Shown here: piece by piece, positions 39,272 through 52,217 of the stretch
Layout of the letters: each line of letters starts with the position of its first letter
Numbering within the stretch: position 1 is the first letter of the stretch
From: Octopus sinensis
Taxonomy: Eukaryota
Reading direction: 5' to 3'
Length of the DNA stretch: 64,000 nucleotides
Assembly: GCF_006345805.1 (NCBI RefSeq)
Contig: NC_042997.1
Coordinates: forward strand, 36,270,001 to 36,334,000
Made by a program: the position numbers and the translations under genes
Notes under the pieces: model-generated
Told to the model about the DNA's origin: nothing
Seen by the model: only the letters and a program-made list of their open reading frames with translations
Databases searched by the model: none

Positions 39272-41529
39272 GAGTATTAGTCTACGTTTTGTCAAATTCG
39301 CCATCCTATTTTTAGAGAGATTTCGTGCAGATATAAACATATCAATGTATTAATCTCACATTATGCCTCTCATCATAAATAATAGAAATATTTCTAAAAG
39401 ATCTCAGCAGATACTAAAAATTAAAAAAAACAGAAAATATGAAGGAATATCTAAGCACCGACATCCGTACCTCAAAGGTTATATACTTGTTCCTTGTTCC
39501 CTGCCATTAAGAGTTGGAAGCATATAACCTTTGTTTCATGCGAATCCAGATGGTATCGTTTTCAGTACATGAGTGTACCAATATGCTTATGTATATTCTG
39601 TGTTAGTCTCCGAGTAATTTCCAAACAATTTCTCACTTGTGTTCACGTGCAAACTAGAAATATTTATCTCCAAATTAGGAAGACTGTGATGTAACGGTCA
39701 TCACTCACCGTATCTAACTGTAACTTGATGTAAAATGGAAGAAAACTTAAAGAACTACAATCTCAGTTTTACACGTAAATCATAAATTCAGCTGAAGCAC
39801 TAGATTATGCATCGTATAAACACACCAATTCATTTGTTTGTCTCTATTTTTTGACAGAATTTCAAGGAACTGCTTAGATGAAATCGCACGCAAATTGATG
39901 CATAATCACCAACATAACCTAATTAAGGCTAGTGTAAGGGAATTATGCTGTTGTACCGATATTATTTTCAATAAATTACGACGAAATCATTCTCTGAGTG
40001 AATATGAAAATATTAGGAACCCAACTGTCTGTAGGGAAACACACACAAAATATTATTCTATAATATCATTATCGCTAATAGCTTCAATGAAAAATTCAAT
40101 GTAACATCGATACTATATGCGTGTATGTGGGCATGTGTGAGTGTATGTGTGTGTTTGTGTGTGTGTGTGTGTGTCGTGTATGGATAAGTATATAGAATCA
40201 CTGTACAGAAGAATAATGAAAGGAGTCTATGCGCAGATGCAAATATCAAGTTTGGCGTTTACGAATGATCTATAATAACATTCCTCTAAGGAACGATGGT
40301 TGCACTAGATGCAAAATGTACAGCAAGATGGATGGTATCTCTAATAAGAATTGCAGCAACTGAAGCATAAATCTATATTAGAGAAAAGGAAGTATACTAA
40401 TATAAATATCACAGGAAGCATAAAATTACAAGACAATTCTGGTTGATGACCCGACGAATCAGGCCAGACAGCTATATCCAAAGATTTATATAGATCTGAG
40501 CAGTCTTATATTATGCAGCTTTTATAATAAGAAATGAAGACAGCTAACATAAAATAAAATAACATAAAAAAGAAAACAGGAAGCTGTTGATTTCTTAGAG
40601 AGATCACCATTGAAATTTGGAGACATAAATTTTATGTTAAGAGAGGAAAGAATTTGGATTTTCTTTTTAATCTACATTTAAGATTTTGTTTTGCATATTA
40701 ATCTATCAGATTCATAAAAATGAACTTTCTAAATATATAATAGGTTCTTGAGAAATATTAGATTATATTGCAAACTGAAAGTGAAGCATAGAGATATAGA
40801 ACATATTTGTAATTATTATTTGACAAAATACTAGTGTTTACGAGAATTGTGTGCAGTGCGAAACGAAATACTTTACTTTATTTATTAACATCATTTTTCT
40901 TGCTGTTAGATTCAAGGCAGGCTCCGCTTTGATTTTCTTCTTTCCACATTTGAGGACATCATTAATAACCAAGCTTGGAGGAAGAACGACTTCATGAACT
41001 GCATTACTTCAGGAACTTTCATTTTATTTGAAATATATAGCTTTTGTGATAGCATACCAGGCGACCTTTATTCAAAACTATGTCTCAAATAATCACTCTG
41101 AGTCTTGTATATGAAGTCGGATCTCCTATAATACAATGTTGTCCCTGACGGATATTTTCGCTACCTTAATTCCTTCATTTATGTTCTGATGCACCGCTAC
41201 CCTGCACTTTATAAACAGAAATAGCTTCTGTTATAGCTAATGCATATTAATAATTGTTTTGTAATATGCTGCTAGATTGCTTTTAGTAGTACATGCTTTA
41301 ATACAGCAAGACATTTTTATGATTAATCGCTTATGAAAACCGAGAGTGACTAATATGCTATAGCATATTTTTTGTCGGCAAATAGGGTAAACGAAGAATT
41401 ATTCCACTTAACAAACATTGAGAAGATTCTAAATATCAACTAAAGGCATATATAAAAACAAATACATGCTGGGAAAAATCAATCCATAATGTAAATATTT
41501 AAGTACTCTACGAGGATAATATTGATTTA

Positions 41530-41690
41530 AGATTTTGACACAATGCCAGTAGATTCCGGGGAGTGGGTAGGTCAATTTCATCAAAATGGAAGTAGACCTC
41601 GGCAGAATTTGAATTCCGAACGTGAATACAGACGAAATGCCGCCTAGAATTTTCCCCGGTAGGCTAAGGAGTCTGCAACCTTGCCACCTC
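41530..41690 (-). mobile_element. Degenerate family B SINE
   Basis: gacctcggcagaatttgaattccgaacgtg...gacgaaatgccgc. Confidence 0.7.
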
Positions 41691-42323
41691 TGAGAAGGAT
41701 AATACCGAGAGTAATAACGACTCACAGGTCCCACAAGATGTTCAGACGTTAAACAGAAACATAGATATCACAAATTATGAATAAAAGTCTGCGTATCAAC
41801 TGTATGACAATATTTATACCACGTAGAACTGAGTAGCGCAATGCAAGCAAAATCCATTTAGCATAATGAGGGTCTTACATCATTCACAAGTGAAGCAAGT
41901 ACAGGTGGTGAATTAGTGGAAACAAAAAAATGTATCTATACCAGAGTGCTTGAAACTGAACATATTGTAAATGATGTGTATGACAAAACTGTCAAATACA
42001 AAATGAACACGACTATTGCTTAAACGGATATGACAAAACCAAACACGACTTCATGAAAACGACTGTCCGTTTCTTCAGAAATTATATTCTATATTTGGCA
42101 ATTCCAATTTTCTTTGTTCATTTCATTACATACTGAGATAATGAGTGGTGGAATCAAATACAACATTGATTGAACATTAGTATATAACAAGTTATTTCAT
42201 ACATACATATGCATACATATATGCACGCTTACATACATGCACGCATACATACATGCACGCTTACATACATGGACGCATACATACAAACAGTTGAAAGTCA
42301 GACAGAAAGAAAAACATAGACAT

Positions 42324-42329
<6 letters not shown>

Positions 42330-42354
<25 letters not shown>

Positions 42355-42357
42355 TAC

Positions 42358-42430
<73 letters not shown>

Positions 42431-42431
42431 T

Positions 42432-42517
<86 letters not shown>
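42330..42517. repeat. (GACA)n/(GATA)n array
   Basis: Seen directly. Confidence 0.95.
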
Positions 42518-42518
<1 letters not shown>

Positions 42519-43359
42519 TCGCCCATTAATATCATGAAATGCAAATTCAGCACTGATTGGTCTTTCAATTCGCATTGTCGAAAACTTTAATTAAATAGAG
42601 TAATTTAATTAGTCGAAAATCTTCTGATTGTCTTACCACGATGCTTTTTGGCTATCAATTGTATTACTGATAAAAGCGAAGAATGTCCACTCTTCTTGAT
42701 GTTTAGCCATTGTCAGATGTAATCGTGTAGGTTCAGATTAAAAAAAAATCTTCCCTGTATTTTATTATTCTGACAATATATAGAGGATTATGAAACCCAG
42801 TGTAATTTTCTAATTTTTCAGAATTTAATTTGCAATAAACACAGCATTTGATTCGAACCAATATTGGTCACCCTCGGTTACTATTTATAAATTTTACTGT
42901 GGTAAGGACAATCAGGTGCAATTTCTAAATAGAATACTATATCAGTATATTTTTGAAGATAATTTTTTGCTTTCTGACTATGGATATCGTATAATTTACA
43001 AATCTTGTGCAATGAACATAGCGATACAAAGTATTCCTGAAAAAATATCCCTTAGCTTAAAACAATACATTAACATTTTCAAATGTTTATCTATGTAATT
43101 ACATGAGGAAATTTTTCAGAATCTATCAGTAAACACATTATACAGAATCAAAGAATATTCGGTGCAAAATGACTTGCATGAATCAATATTTATATCTAAA
43201 TTTGCTAAGTTGGTAGCATACCTAACAGTCAAAGTTAAATTTAAATATAGTTTCACAGACATACGAATATCTCATGACTGGTTAAAATGCAGAGTTAAAA
43301 ATTAGCATATTCTGAGTGAATATTCATCATTCTATATACACACATATACAAATTTATAG

Positions 43360-43405
<46 letters not shown>

Positions 43406-44677
43406 TATATATATTATATATGAGTGTATTTACATATATTTACACTTACACACGCGTATATCGACATATACGAATGTGAATTGAATCTTTTCTTGGTGAC
43501 CAAATCTATTGAATTGTTATATATTTTATATGTGGTAATTTAGTAGTCCTGGTTTGCATAAGCCTCTAAAGTTGGGAAATTACTTTCTCCCTCATTAAAT
43601 AATAGCTTGTCTCAAAATTCTCTATGCTCTTATTACATTATAAACCTTTTTTTTTTATTTCAATCTTGCATAAAACCAAATTTAAGATATATTTCAAATT
43701 ATATTTTGCGAATTTTTATTTCCATTTATAGATAAATAATTGCAGAGATTTCTCTTTAATTACACATTACAACAAGTGAAATACGTTACAAATGCACAAC
43801 CGCTAAATGATATGTCTGGCAAATTGAAAAGAAAATATCCTGAGTACTTTGATATCTCAAATCATATTCTTGAATTTTAAGTGGAAAATATTCAGTTCAC
43901 GTGACACGTCTGTCTTTGAAATGCTACAACGTTTCACTTAAAACAGCAGGATATAGCTGTGCGCTTTTCTTTGTCGTACGTGTGAGAAGTATGAAATTTC
44001 TTTGTTTAGTTGAGTCCTGTTGTATCTATTCTACAACGTTTGAATATTTTAAAGCTGTCTTAATATGCGTTTCTTATATGAAGTGTCTAATTACCAATTC
44101 AATTGTTTCTCCTTCATATACGTCGCAGGGAGACTGTAAACTAAACATATTTCATAGTTCTTTTAGAATTCACACTAAAGAAAGACATTGAAGAAGAATT
44201 ATCATTGAGCTATCTCTTAACGAGGCGGAATAGGATTCGTAGCAAAAATATAGTGCGTTGTAAGATATAAAACGTGTCTACTCGTGTTCCTGGAGTGACG
44301 CGATTTGTGAGGAATAAGTATATAGAAATTTACAATATATGTGTAGTAATAGAGAGTTATTTTCCATTGGGACAAAACTTCAATTTCTATTCTTATAGTG
44401 ATTACGGTGATAGAGATTTACAGAAATCAAATTACCTCACTAACAATTTCTTCTATCAGTCCTAGAAATATGCTATCTTTGTTCTCATAACCTTACTGGG
44501 CGTAAAACGATTTACTGATAATCAAATATATATTATAATTCTTGTTGATAGGTTCAGTTTTAATAACCCCCAAATCTTTTCACACTTAAAATAAACGAAT
44601 GTGTCTTCTCATTTTTGAGGACTCAGGGATATAGTTTCAGGGTAATTTTATTGTTATTTCTCACACTTCACTGTTCC

Positions 44678-44722
<45 letters not shown>

Positions 44723-44732
44723 ATATATACAT

Positions 44733-44899
44733 ATATACGATGTAATTCTTTCAGTTTCCGTTTACCAAATCCACTCACAATGCTTTGGTCGGCCCGAGGA
44801 TTTAGTTGAAGTACCCTGGCCATGATGCCACGCAGTGGGACTGAACCCGGAAATATGTGATTGGGAAGCAAACTTCCTACAACATACCCACGCCTGCGG

Positions 44900-44900
<1 letters not shown>
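44733..44900 (-). mobile_element. SINE family A head
   Basis: ctttcagtttccgtttaccaaatccactcacaatgctttggtcggcccgagg...gtgggactgaacccgg. Confidence 0.85.
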
Positions 44901-44945
<45 letters not shown>

Positions 44946-44992
44946 TATATATATATTGTCGCAGATGTGAAATTTAAAAAAAAGTTGCAATC

Positions 44993-45310
44993 CGGTTATA
45001 ACAAGAGGGACGTTTCGAAGCATTTGTCTATAGTTATGTTCTTTCGGTTTGATTTTCAAAGAGATATTCGTATCAGCAGGACAACTGACCTCTATGACAT
45101 TCTTTTTCTTGTCTGTCCCAAAGAACAATATTCAGACTCGTGTGCTTAAACTTGACAGATATTTTGATGAGAATCTTTCGACTGTATTTCTCATGTTGAC
45201 ATTTGTCTGCGTATTCCATCGGCATAATTTTGTTCAAGTTGGGATAAAATTCGTCCGGGTATTTTTTTTACCGATTCATATATCTGATAGAAGGGTCTTC
45301 ACGGGTTTTT
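44993..45310 (-). pseudogene. Restriction-like endonuclease (RLE) domain relic of an R4/NeSL/HERO-type non-LTR retrotransposon
   Basis: KHTSLNIVLWDRQEKEC / IEVSCPADTNISLKIKPKEHNYRQML resembles the KHNRPDIVVWD...IEVSCP.D.N...K..EK...Y pattern. Confidence 0.7.
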
Positions 45311-46203
45311 CATAGCATTGAAACAGATTTTGGTCAAGATGTACAGACCCAGTAACATGACAGGAGTACTTACGCCTTCTTCAAAAGCTTACTGGTACTG
45401 TGATGCTGTTTTCGTCGGTGGTAGTTTTGTTAGTTTCAGCTATAATCAAGTTAGCAAAATCCCACGTCCAAAAATATAGTTTAACCCCATAACATCGGTT
45501 GACGTAAATTTACGTGCGCTGTATACTCACTTTGAATCAGAGGATGAAAATCTACACAGCCCTAATCTGTGGCGGTTTTGTATCCTTTTATGTACCGAGT
45601 AATATGAATATCCGCTATTACTCTCGGAATCGATAAGAGAGGACTCCGTTCCAATATCAAGGAATCTGATAGGTCTGTAAATATTTCTAACTCAAATCGA
45701 GACTTCATTACCATAATATTATAAAGCAACAGTTTTGGCGGTTACAGTACCATTACCACCATGGCTTCCTATCAAATTCGTACACGTTCATCAAATTCTT
45801 CTGCTACTTCACAGGACATTTACAGTCGCAAGCAACTACACTAGTTTACGGTCCTTGGAGCGATGACAGTTTTCATAAAGAAAGAGTGCATGCTTCAAAG
45901 CAGTTGACGTAAATATAAACGGAACTGTTGTCGTGCACTAATTGCTGATCTCGGCCGAGATGATTACAGTCAGTGCAACTTAGTTGCCTGATTAAAAATT
46001 TTGGTCTTGGAAATAAATGACTCTATACGCCTGCAAATCTGATGCTGATGCCGCTACCGTGTATGTATGTATGTATGTATGTATGTATGTATGTATGTAT
46101 GTGTTATGTAGGTAGGTAGGTAGGTAAGTATGTATGTATGTAAGAATGTATGTATGTAAGCATGTATGTGTTAATCCTATACATACTGTATTGAGGTAAA
46201 GTA

Positions 46204-46264
<61 letters not shown>

Positions 46265-46749
46265 TATATATACATATTTCACACATATGTAAAGATCACG
46301 GAATGACATTTGTAACAAGACCAAATACAGCAAGATTAAGCAGATAGATTATATGCTTGAATATTATTTTGAAGTAATGGAAATATTCACTCATTAAATA
46401 ATGTTTGATATGCTATACTGCCAATGATGAATATTTAGTTAAAACCATAACGTTAATATGATTATATGCCACCAGCTATTTACCTTATATAGAGAACCTA
46501 CATGCAATAATATTAAGATCAAGAAATTTACTGCGTACTTAGTTAATTTTCTTTGCGTTGTTAGTGCAAATCCAACCAATGTTGACTTGGCTGTTCTTAC
46601 GTATCACCCTTGGTCGATTAGATACAAAAATAACTTTGAAAAGTATATAATCACTACTACATGTGAATAAAATTGTGAACAAATGTGAGATAAATATAAT
46701 AACTCAATTAAACTTTTTTTGTGGTAAATAGAATACGTATCTGTAGTGA

Positions 46750-46912
46750 ATATGGGTTTCAAATGTTGGTACAGGACCAGAGATTTCGTGGGAGGGTGCA
46801 AGTCGAGTGTGTTGGTCTCATTCTTCAACTAGTGCTTATTTTATTGATCCTGAAAGAGTGAAAGACAAAGATGACCTCGGAGGATTTTGAACTCAGAACA
46901 TAACATTTGTCG
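46750..46912 (-). mobile_element. Degenerate family B SINE, 3' two-thirds
   Basis: gaaagacaaagatgacctcggaggattttgaactcagaac. Confidence 0.7.
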
Positions 46913-49864
46913 TGAATATTAAAAGCAAGTTTGTAACTTTATTTTCATACTGGCTTACGACCCGCATATATGTATACGTGTAGTGGTGATGAGTATTCAC
47001 AATCATTTATACATCAGCACACACAGACATACTGTGTGCGCGTGTGTGTAGATAGAACTAGAGATTTTCTCTCAGATAAAAGTTAACGAAACAAATGTTT
47101 CTATCAGCAATATCAAATTATTTTCTGCATATGCTACTTTCTTCTTGTTATAGTTGAACATCTTTCCAAAGGTTATTCATTATCCGGTAAGCTTATTAGT
47201 AAAGTCGTTCTTCTGTGACCGTTCCATCTTTACTTCGCACATAATATAATCATGGCATTACGTAATATAGTCTTCATTTTTAAAGTTTCTATAGTTGTAT
47301 AATATTTTACTACTATTGTTTAAAACAAATTTACCGACTATATGAAGATTATTTGTTTTACTATCCAATTTATACAGTTAAAATAATATGTGGAGAGAAT
47401 TTCATTTAACTTGCTTTGTAAAAGATTAACTGTATGAAATACATGAAGTACTATTTGTAATAAAATAAAATTTTAAGACATGCCAGAATCTGAGAATCAA
47501 ACGTTTATATTAGCATTTCATTTATATGGCTAAAACCCTTTTCTACATCTTGCTACTTAAAATGTTCATATTGAAGTAATTGTGAATCCCCTATTATTCT
47601 ATGTTGTTTACTTATCTTTGATTCGGAAAACTTACAAAGACAAAGTTGCCAGATCGCAGTTGACATTTATCTTTATAACTTTGAAGTTTAAATATCTCTA
47701 TAAATAGGCTAGTAAGAAGCAAGGCACTCTCAACAACATAGTCTTAGAATGTTACTCATTGCAGCAGCATCATACGATACGAACAAACAAGGTAGGATAA
47801 AGGAAAGTAAACTCTCTGACATACGCACACAGCAAAGAAAATAGAAATAATTCATAAGGAGATTTATGTGATGTTTGCGATTACTCAAGTGCTAAGACTG
47901 CTACAAAAACATAAATGTTTTATGCCTACCAAGAAAATTGTTTTTAATATAGATGTTTAGCTAGTAACCAGTGTGTTCTATAACATAAAAGAATAATGTG
48001 TGTAAGTTAACTTAGTATTGATTCTAAATAAATGTCGTAATAAGATGCCAGCTAAGTATTTGACTAATATCCATTTCCCCTCGCTGGATTCTTTTCCTAG
48101 TATTCAATGATTAATATTGCTTTAAATTTTTGGCAGGTACAGAAACTAACATTTTGCGCTGAACGTAGAAAAATAGAACTGATTTGTGAATAAATGTTGC
48201 GAACTGCTTGATTAGCATAAATAGTAGAACACCTTCTTGAAAAAAAACTCGAACAAAAGATTCGAAATAATAGTGGAGTTATCAATATGCCAGAAATAGT
48301 TCTTTAAAAAACTACTATGGATAATTTACAGAAATCTGTCTGGAAGTTCTACAGAGAGAGGCTACTGTTTCGAGATATAATCTACAGACACAAAAGTGCT
48401 GTCAGACAGGACTGTTACTCATGCGAGCAGGCTTTTGGTGATATGTCAAACAGCTGCTGTCACATGTAGGATTGGTCCGTCTACCCTCCTTTAATCAGAA
48501 ATACAAGTGTGTTTTCCTTTGCCTGGTGGTGATTGCGAAAGAGGTATAAGGGCAAAGACATTCCTCTTTGGTAAATCCTAATCAAAATTTAGAGCTTCAC
48601 TCGAAAACGAATGTGAGCGTAGAGGGGGGGGGGTGCTATCCTCGAAAGAATTTTTTGAAAGGTTGATGAATGTGGAGAAAATAGCAAAAGTTGATGGGAC
48701 TGCTCTAAGTATAGACATGTGAATTGGAAAGGACACTTGCCCTTGGTACTCAGGGACACCTTGGATGGTGGGGCTTCTCGACTGGATGTAGAGGTTATCT
48801 TGTATCAGGAATATCACACCATTGTTATCGATTTTTACTAACGTATACTATGTATAATTCGTTCGTTAATCGTTACTGTATACTGCGTATACTTTTTATA
48901 ATAGTTATATTATTTCATTCTATGAAAATCACCATAATTTATGTATATCTTCACCATTTATGTCCGCTTCATCATCGCCCTGGTGGCAAATAAAAGAAAT
49001 CATCGATATCATCATCTTCATCATTATTAATATTGTTGTTTTTGTTGCTGTTGTTATGTTGACTCTAGATCGAGGGTCCACTTTGATTTTACTTCATAAA
49101 GGCTGTGTTAAAAGCACACCTTTTATAAACGGCGTTGAAGATTTGTTTACCAATGCATGTCTATCATTTTGTTTAAGTGTCAAATTGTATTTATATATAG
49201 TGCAGCTTTGAATAATCCGATCGTTAAAGCCTTGCAGCAAAACAGATTGGTCTCTAGAAAATGCACGCATATCACAGCCCATCGGAATGCAGGGTAAAAC
49301 GTTAACAGGGATACGAGGTACGCCATCTCACAATGTCTACTTCACATAGAGACAGTGTATACACATTTAACACCTTATGCCACAGAGTACATTTGTTTTC
49401 TGCATAGATTTATCAAATTACGTCACCATGCTTTCACTAGATACATCTTTTCAAAAACTAAGTGTTCATATATCTCTTGTGATTTTCCCAATTGGAAAAG
49501 TGGTAAACTAATTCATCGATCCACAGGATGATTATAACCGGGGACATTTTTGATCATAAACGCAGCATACAACAAAAATAATAATTCTTCCTACAATGGG
49601 AAGAAGTTCTGTATATAGCAAGAATGAAAATATCACGCCACAGCCCGGAGTATTTTTTCTTCAGGAAAAATGGTGTATAGCAACAATAAACTGTAAGAAA
49701 TTTTAGCGGAACATTATCTGCCTCTCAGTATTCTGGAGGAAAAGTTCCAGCATTTGTTTAAAAATCACCTTTTCAGTATTTATGCAATGCATCTGTCTCT
49801 CATCATGTTGCTTATAGTCTATGTTTTATTACAAGGTATTATTAAGCGGAGTAATTAACGTTTT

Positions 49865-50000
49865 GAACTGGAAGAATCATTAGCACGCCGGCCAAAACGT
49901 TTGGCAGCATTTCGTTCGTCTTTTCTTTCTGTGCTCAAATTAAGCTGCGTTCGACTTTACATCACATGGTTGATTAAATCGAATAACTCCCGTTCCAATT
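49865..50000 (+). mobile_element. Degenerate family B SINE
   Basis: gaagaatcattagcacgccggccaaaacgtttggcagcatttcg. Confidence 0.65.
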
Positions 50001-50049
50001 TTTTTATGCCTTGTGAAAATAATTATTAAACCACTGTAAACTTGAATAT

Positions 50050-50237
50050 TGATTTCTAATTTTGACATAAGACCAGCAATCGCTACCAGTAGTCAACAGG
50101 TATTTATTTTATCGACACCGAAACGTTGATCGGTTAAATCCGGCCGGGGTGGAATTTCAACTAATGACATGAAGATGCAGAAAATGCCGCTATCCATTTT
50201 GCCGGATTGCTAACACTCCAGCCAGCATGCTGCCTTA
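50050..50237 (-). mobile_element. Degenerate family B SINE
   Basis: ttttatcgacaccgaaa...ggaatttcaact...aaatgccgc...tgctaac. Confidence 0.6.
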
Positions 50238-50244
50238 AGGAAAA

Positions 50245-50457
50245 TATTGATACTGCTTTCAAATTTTTGCACAATGCCAGCAAGTTCGAGAGAGTTCGTA
50301 AGTGAGTTACATCGATCCCAGTACTCAGCCGGTACTCATTTTATTGAGGCCCCGAAAGTAGGAAATGTGAAATCGATCTCGGTGAAATTTGAACTCAAAA
50401 CGTAAAGGCAGTCGAAACGCTGCGAAGCATTTTGTCCGCTATGCTAACGATTCTGCC
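50245..50457 (-). mobile_element. Family B SINE
   Basis: tcgatctcggtgaaatttgaactcaaaacgtaaaggcagtcgaaac...gctaacgattctgcc. Confidence 0.8.
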
Positions 50458-50757
50458 TTCAATGGTAAAATTAATGTTAAATGTTATAAAACCGAAACGT
50501 TAGGATAGACGTTAAGAGTTGTATCATCAGTAACTCGTATGTGTTCCTGTAGCAGTGTGTTTCTTTAGCGAACGCACTAAACACGCGTTGCTCAGGTTCT
50601 TGTTGCAGTTGCGATTGTGCTTCTGGATGTAGATTCCCACATCTACCAGTTTACCGCATACAGGTTAACCAGCATGGAATCTTCCACCAGATGACAGCAC
50701 CAAAATTAATGATATATTCATTTGTAGAATTCTGTTTCTACAACAATATTACCTTCA

Positions 50758-50892
50758 TCCGCCGAGGTCAACCTTGCCTTTCATCCTTTCGGAATCGATA
50801 ATTTAAGTACCAATTGCGTACTGGGGTCGATCAGATCGACTAACCTCCTCCCATAAAATTGCGGGCCTTGTGCCTAGAGTAGAAAATAATAT
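50758..50892 (+). mobile_element. 5'-truncated family B SINE
   Basis: ccgccgaggtcaaccttgcctttcatcctttcgg...ctggggtcgat. Confidence 0.85.
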
Positions 50893-51257
50893 TACCTTAA
50901 TAAATGTTGCATCCAAAATAAAATCATCCACTATGTAGTTAGGGAGAAATTTGAGGTAGACGTGTAAACTATTTTTAATAGGTCCATCAGCCATCAGGGT
51001 GTTCTCTTAATGTATACAGAGACGCACACACACATACATACAATTATAATTGCACTGACACACACATGCCTAGTTCACTTCGTCCATTGTCTGACGCAAT
51101 AAAACGTCAGCACCACTGAGTATAGCACTCATGCTTAGGAGACAGACATGCATATATATGTGTATGTATGAATGTGTGTGTGTGTAAATTTATACACATA
51201 TATGTGTGTGTTCGTGTGTATGTCTGTATATGTAAGTATATATACATATATATATAT

Positions 51258-51573
51258 GGAGGCGCTATGGCCTAGTGGTTAGGGCAGCGGACTCGCGGTC
51301 GCAGGATCGCGGTTTCGATTCCCAGACCGGGCGTTGTGAGTGTTTATTGAGCGAAAACACCTAAAAAAGCTCCACGAGGCTCCGGCAGGAGGTGGTGATC
51401 TCTGCTGTACTCTTTCACCACAACTTTCTCCCACTCTTTCTTCTGTTGGCCTGCTCGCTTGGCCAGCGGGGTGGCGTCATTCGAAGGCTAAAACAATGCG
51501 AACGCAGTGTGACCAGCGATGTGTAACAACATCTGATGGTCTGGTCGATCACGTGATCACGTGATCACGTGAT
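51258..51573 (+). mobile_element. tRNA-derived SINE, family C head with alternative 3' module
   Basis: A box tggcctagtgg and B box gtttcgattcc. The 3' half differs from the 53284 copy and ends in (gatcacgt)n. Confidence 0.9.
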
Positions 51574-51767
51574 ATACATATATATGTGTGTATACGTATA
51601 TGTATGTTTATACGTAGCTATCTGTAGATAAATACGTACACATATGTATACATATACGTGTTGGTCTAAGTACTTATGTCTTAACACATACTCTCGGTCC
51701 GACTGAAAGAAACACAAAACGTACGCACCTACACACACGGACACAAACATATGTATATATATATAAA

Positions 51768-51970
51768 GTTAATCCAAACAAGAAAGCTAAAAGACAACAA
51801 CGCAAGGATGTGGAACAAATAAAGTATTATTGGACGCTCGGGAAAGAAGTGAAGAAGAAGGGTTTGACGTTTCGAGCGGAGCTCTTCGTCGGAAACATAG
51901 GAGAAGGAAAGATCCCGAGACGGGAGGAGAGAGGACAAAAATCGCCGGTGGTATTCACGAGGTCACATAC
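51768..51970 (-). mobile_element. Penelope-like terminal-repeat unit with hammerhead motif, copy 3
   Basis: Homologous to 28211-28416 and bounded by TA-rich microsatellite. Confidence 0.75.
51862..51896 (-). ncRNA. Minimal type I hammerhead ribozyme motif (U4C variant)
   Basis: GUUU-CCGACGA-A-GAGC-UCC-GCUC-GAA-ACGU-C-AAAC: perfect stem II and a GUC triplet. Confidence 0.7.
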
Positions 51971-52026
51971 TAATATATATATATGTGTGTGTGTTTGTGT
52001 GTGTGTGTTTAGATGTATGTATATAA

Positions 52027-52080
52027 GTATGTGTGTATGTACATATGTATGTATGTATTTATGCATACATACACAGAGAA

Positions 52081-52111
<31 letters not shown>

Positions 52112-52186
52112 TATATGTATGTATATGTGTGTGCGTGTATGTATGCACATATGTACGTATGTATTTATGCAGACATACACAGAGAA

Positions 52187-52217
<31 letters not shown>

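Noticed and set aside
45009-45033. Minus-strand cttcGAAACGTC resembling a hammerhead end
   Set aside because: It lies inside the RLE coding relic (MLRNV) and has no CUGANGA core.
51258-51335. tRNA-like cloverleaf heads here and at 53284 and 63767
   Set aside because: They continue directly into a conserved SINE body, and the acceptor stem is not properly paired.
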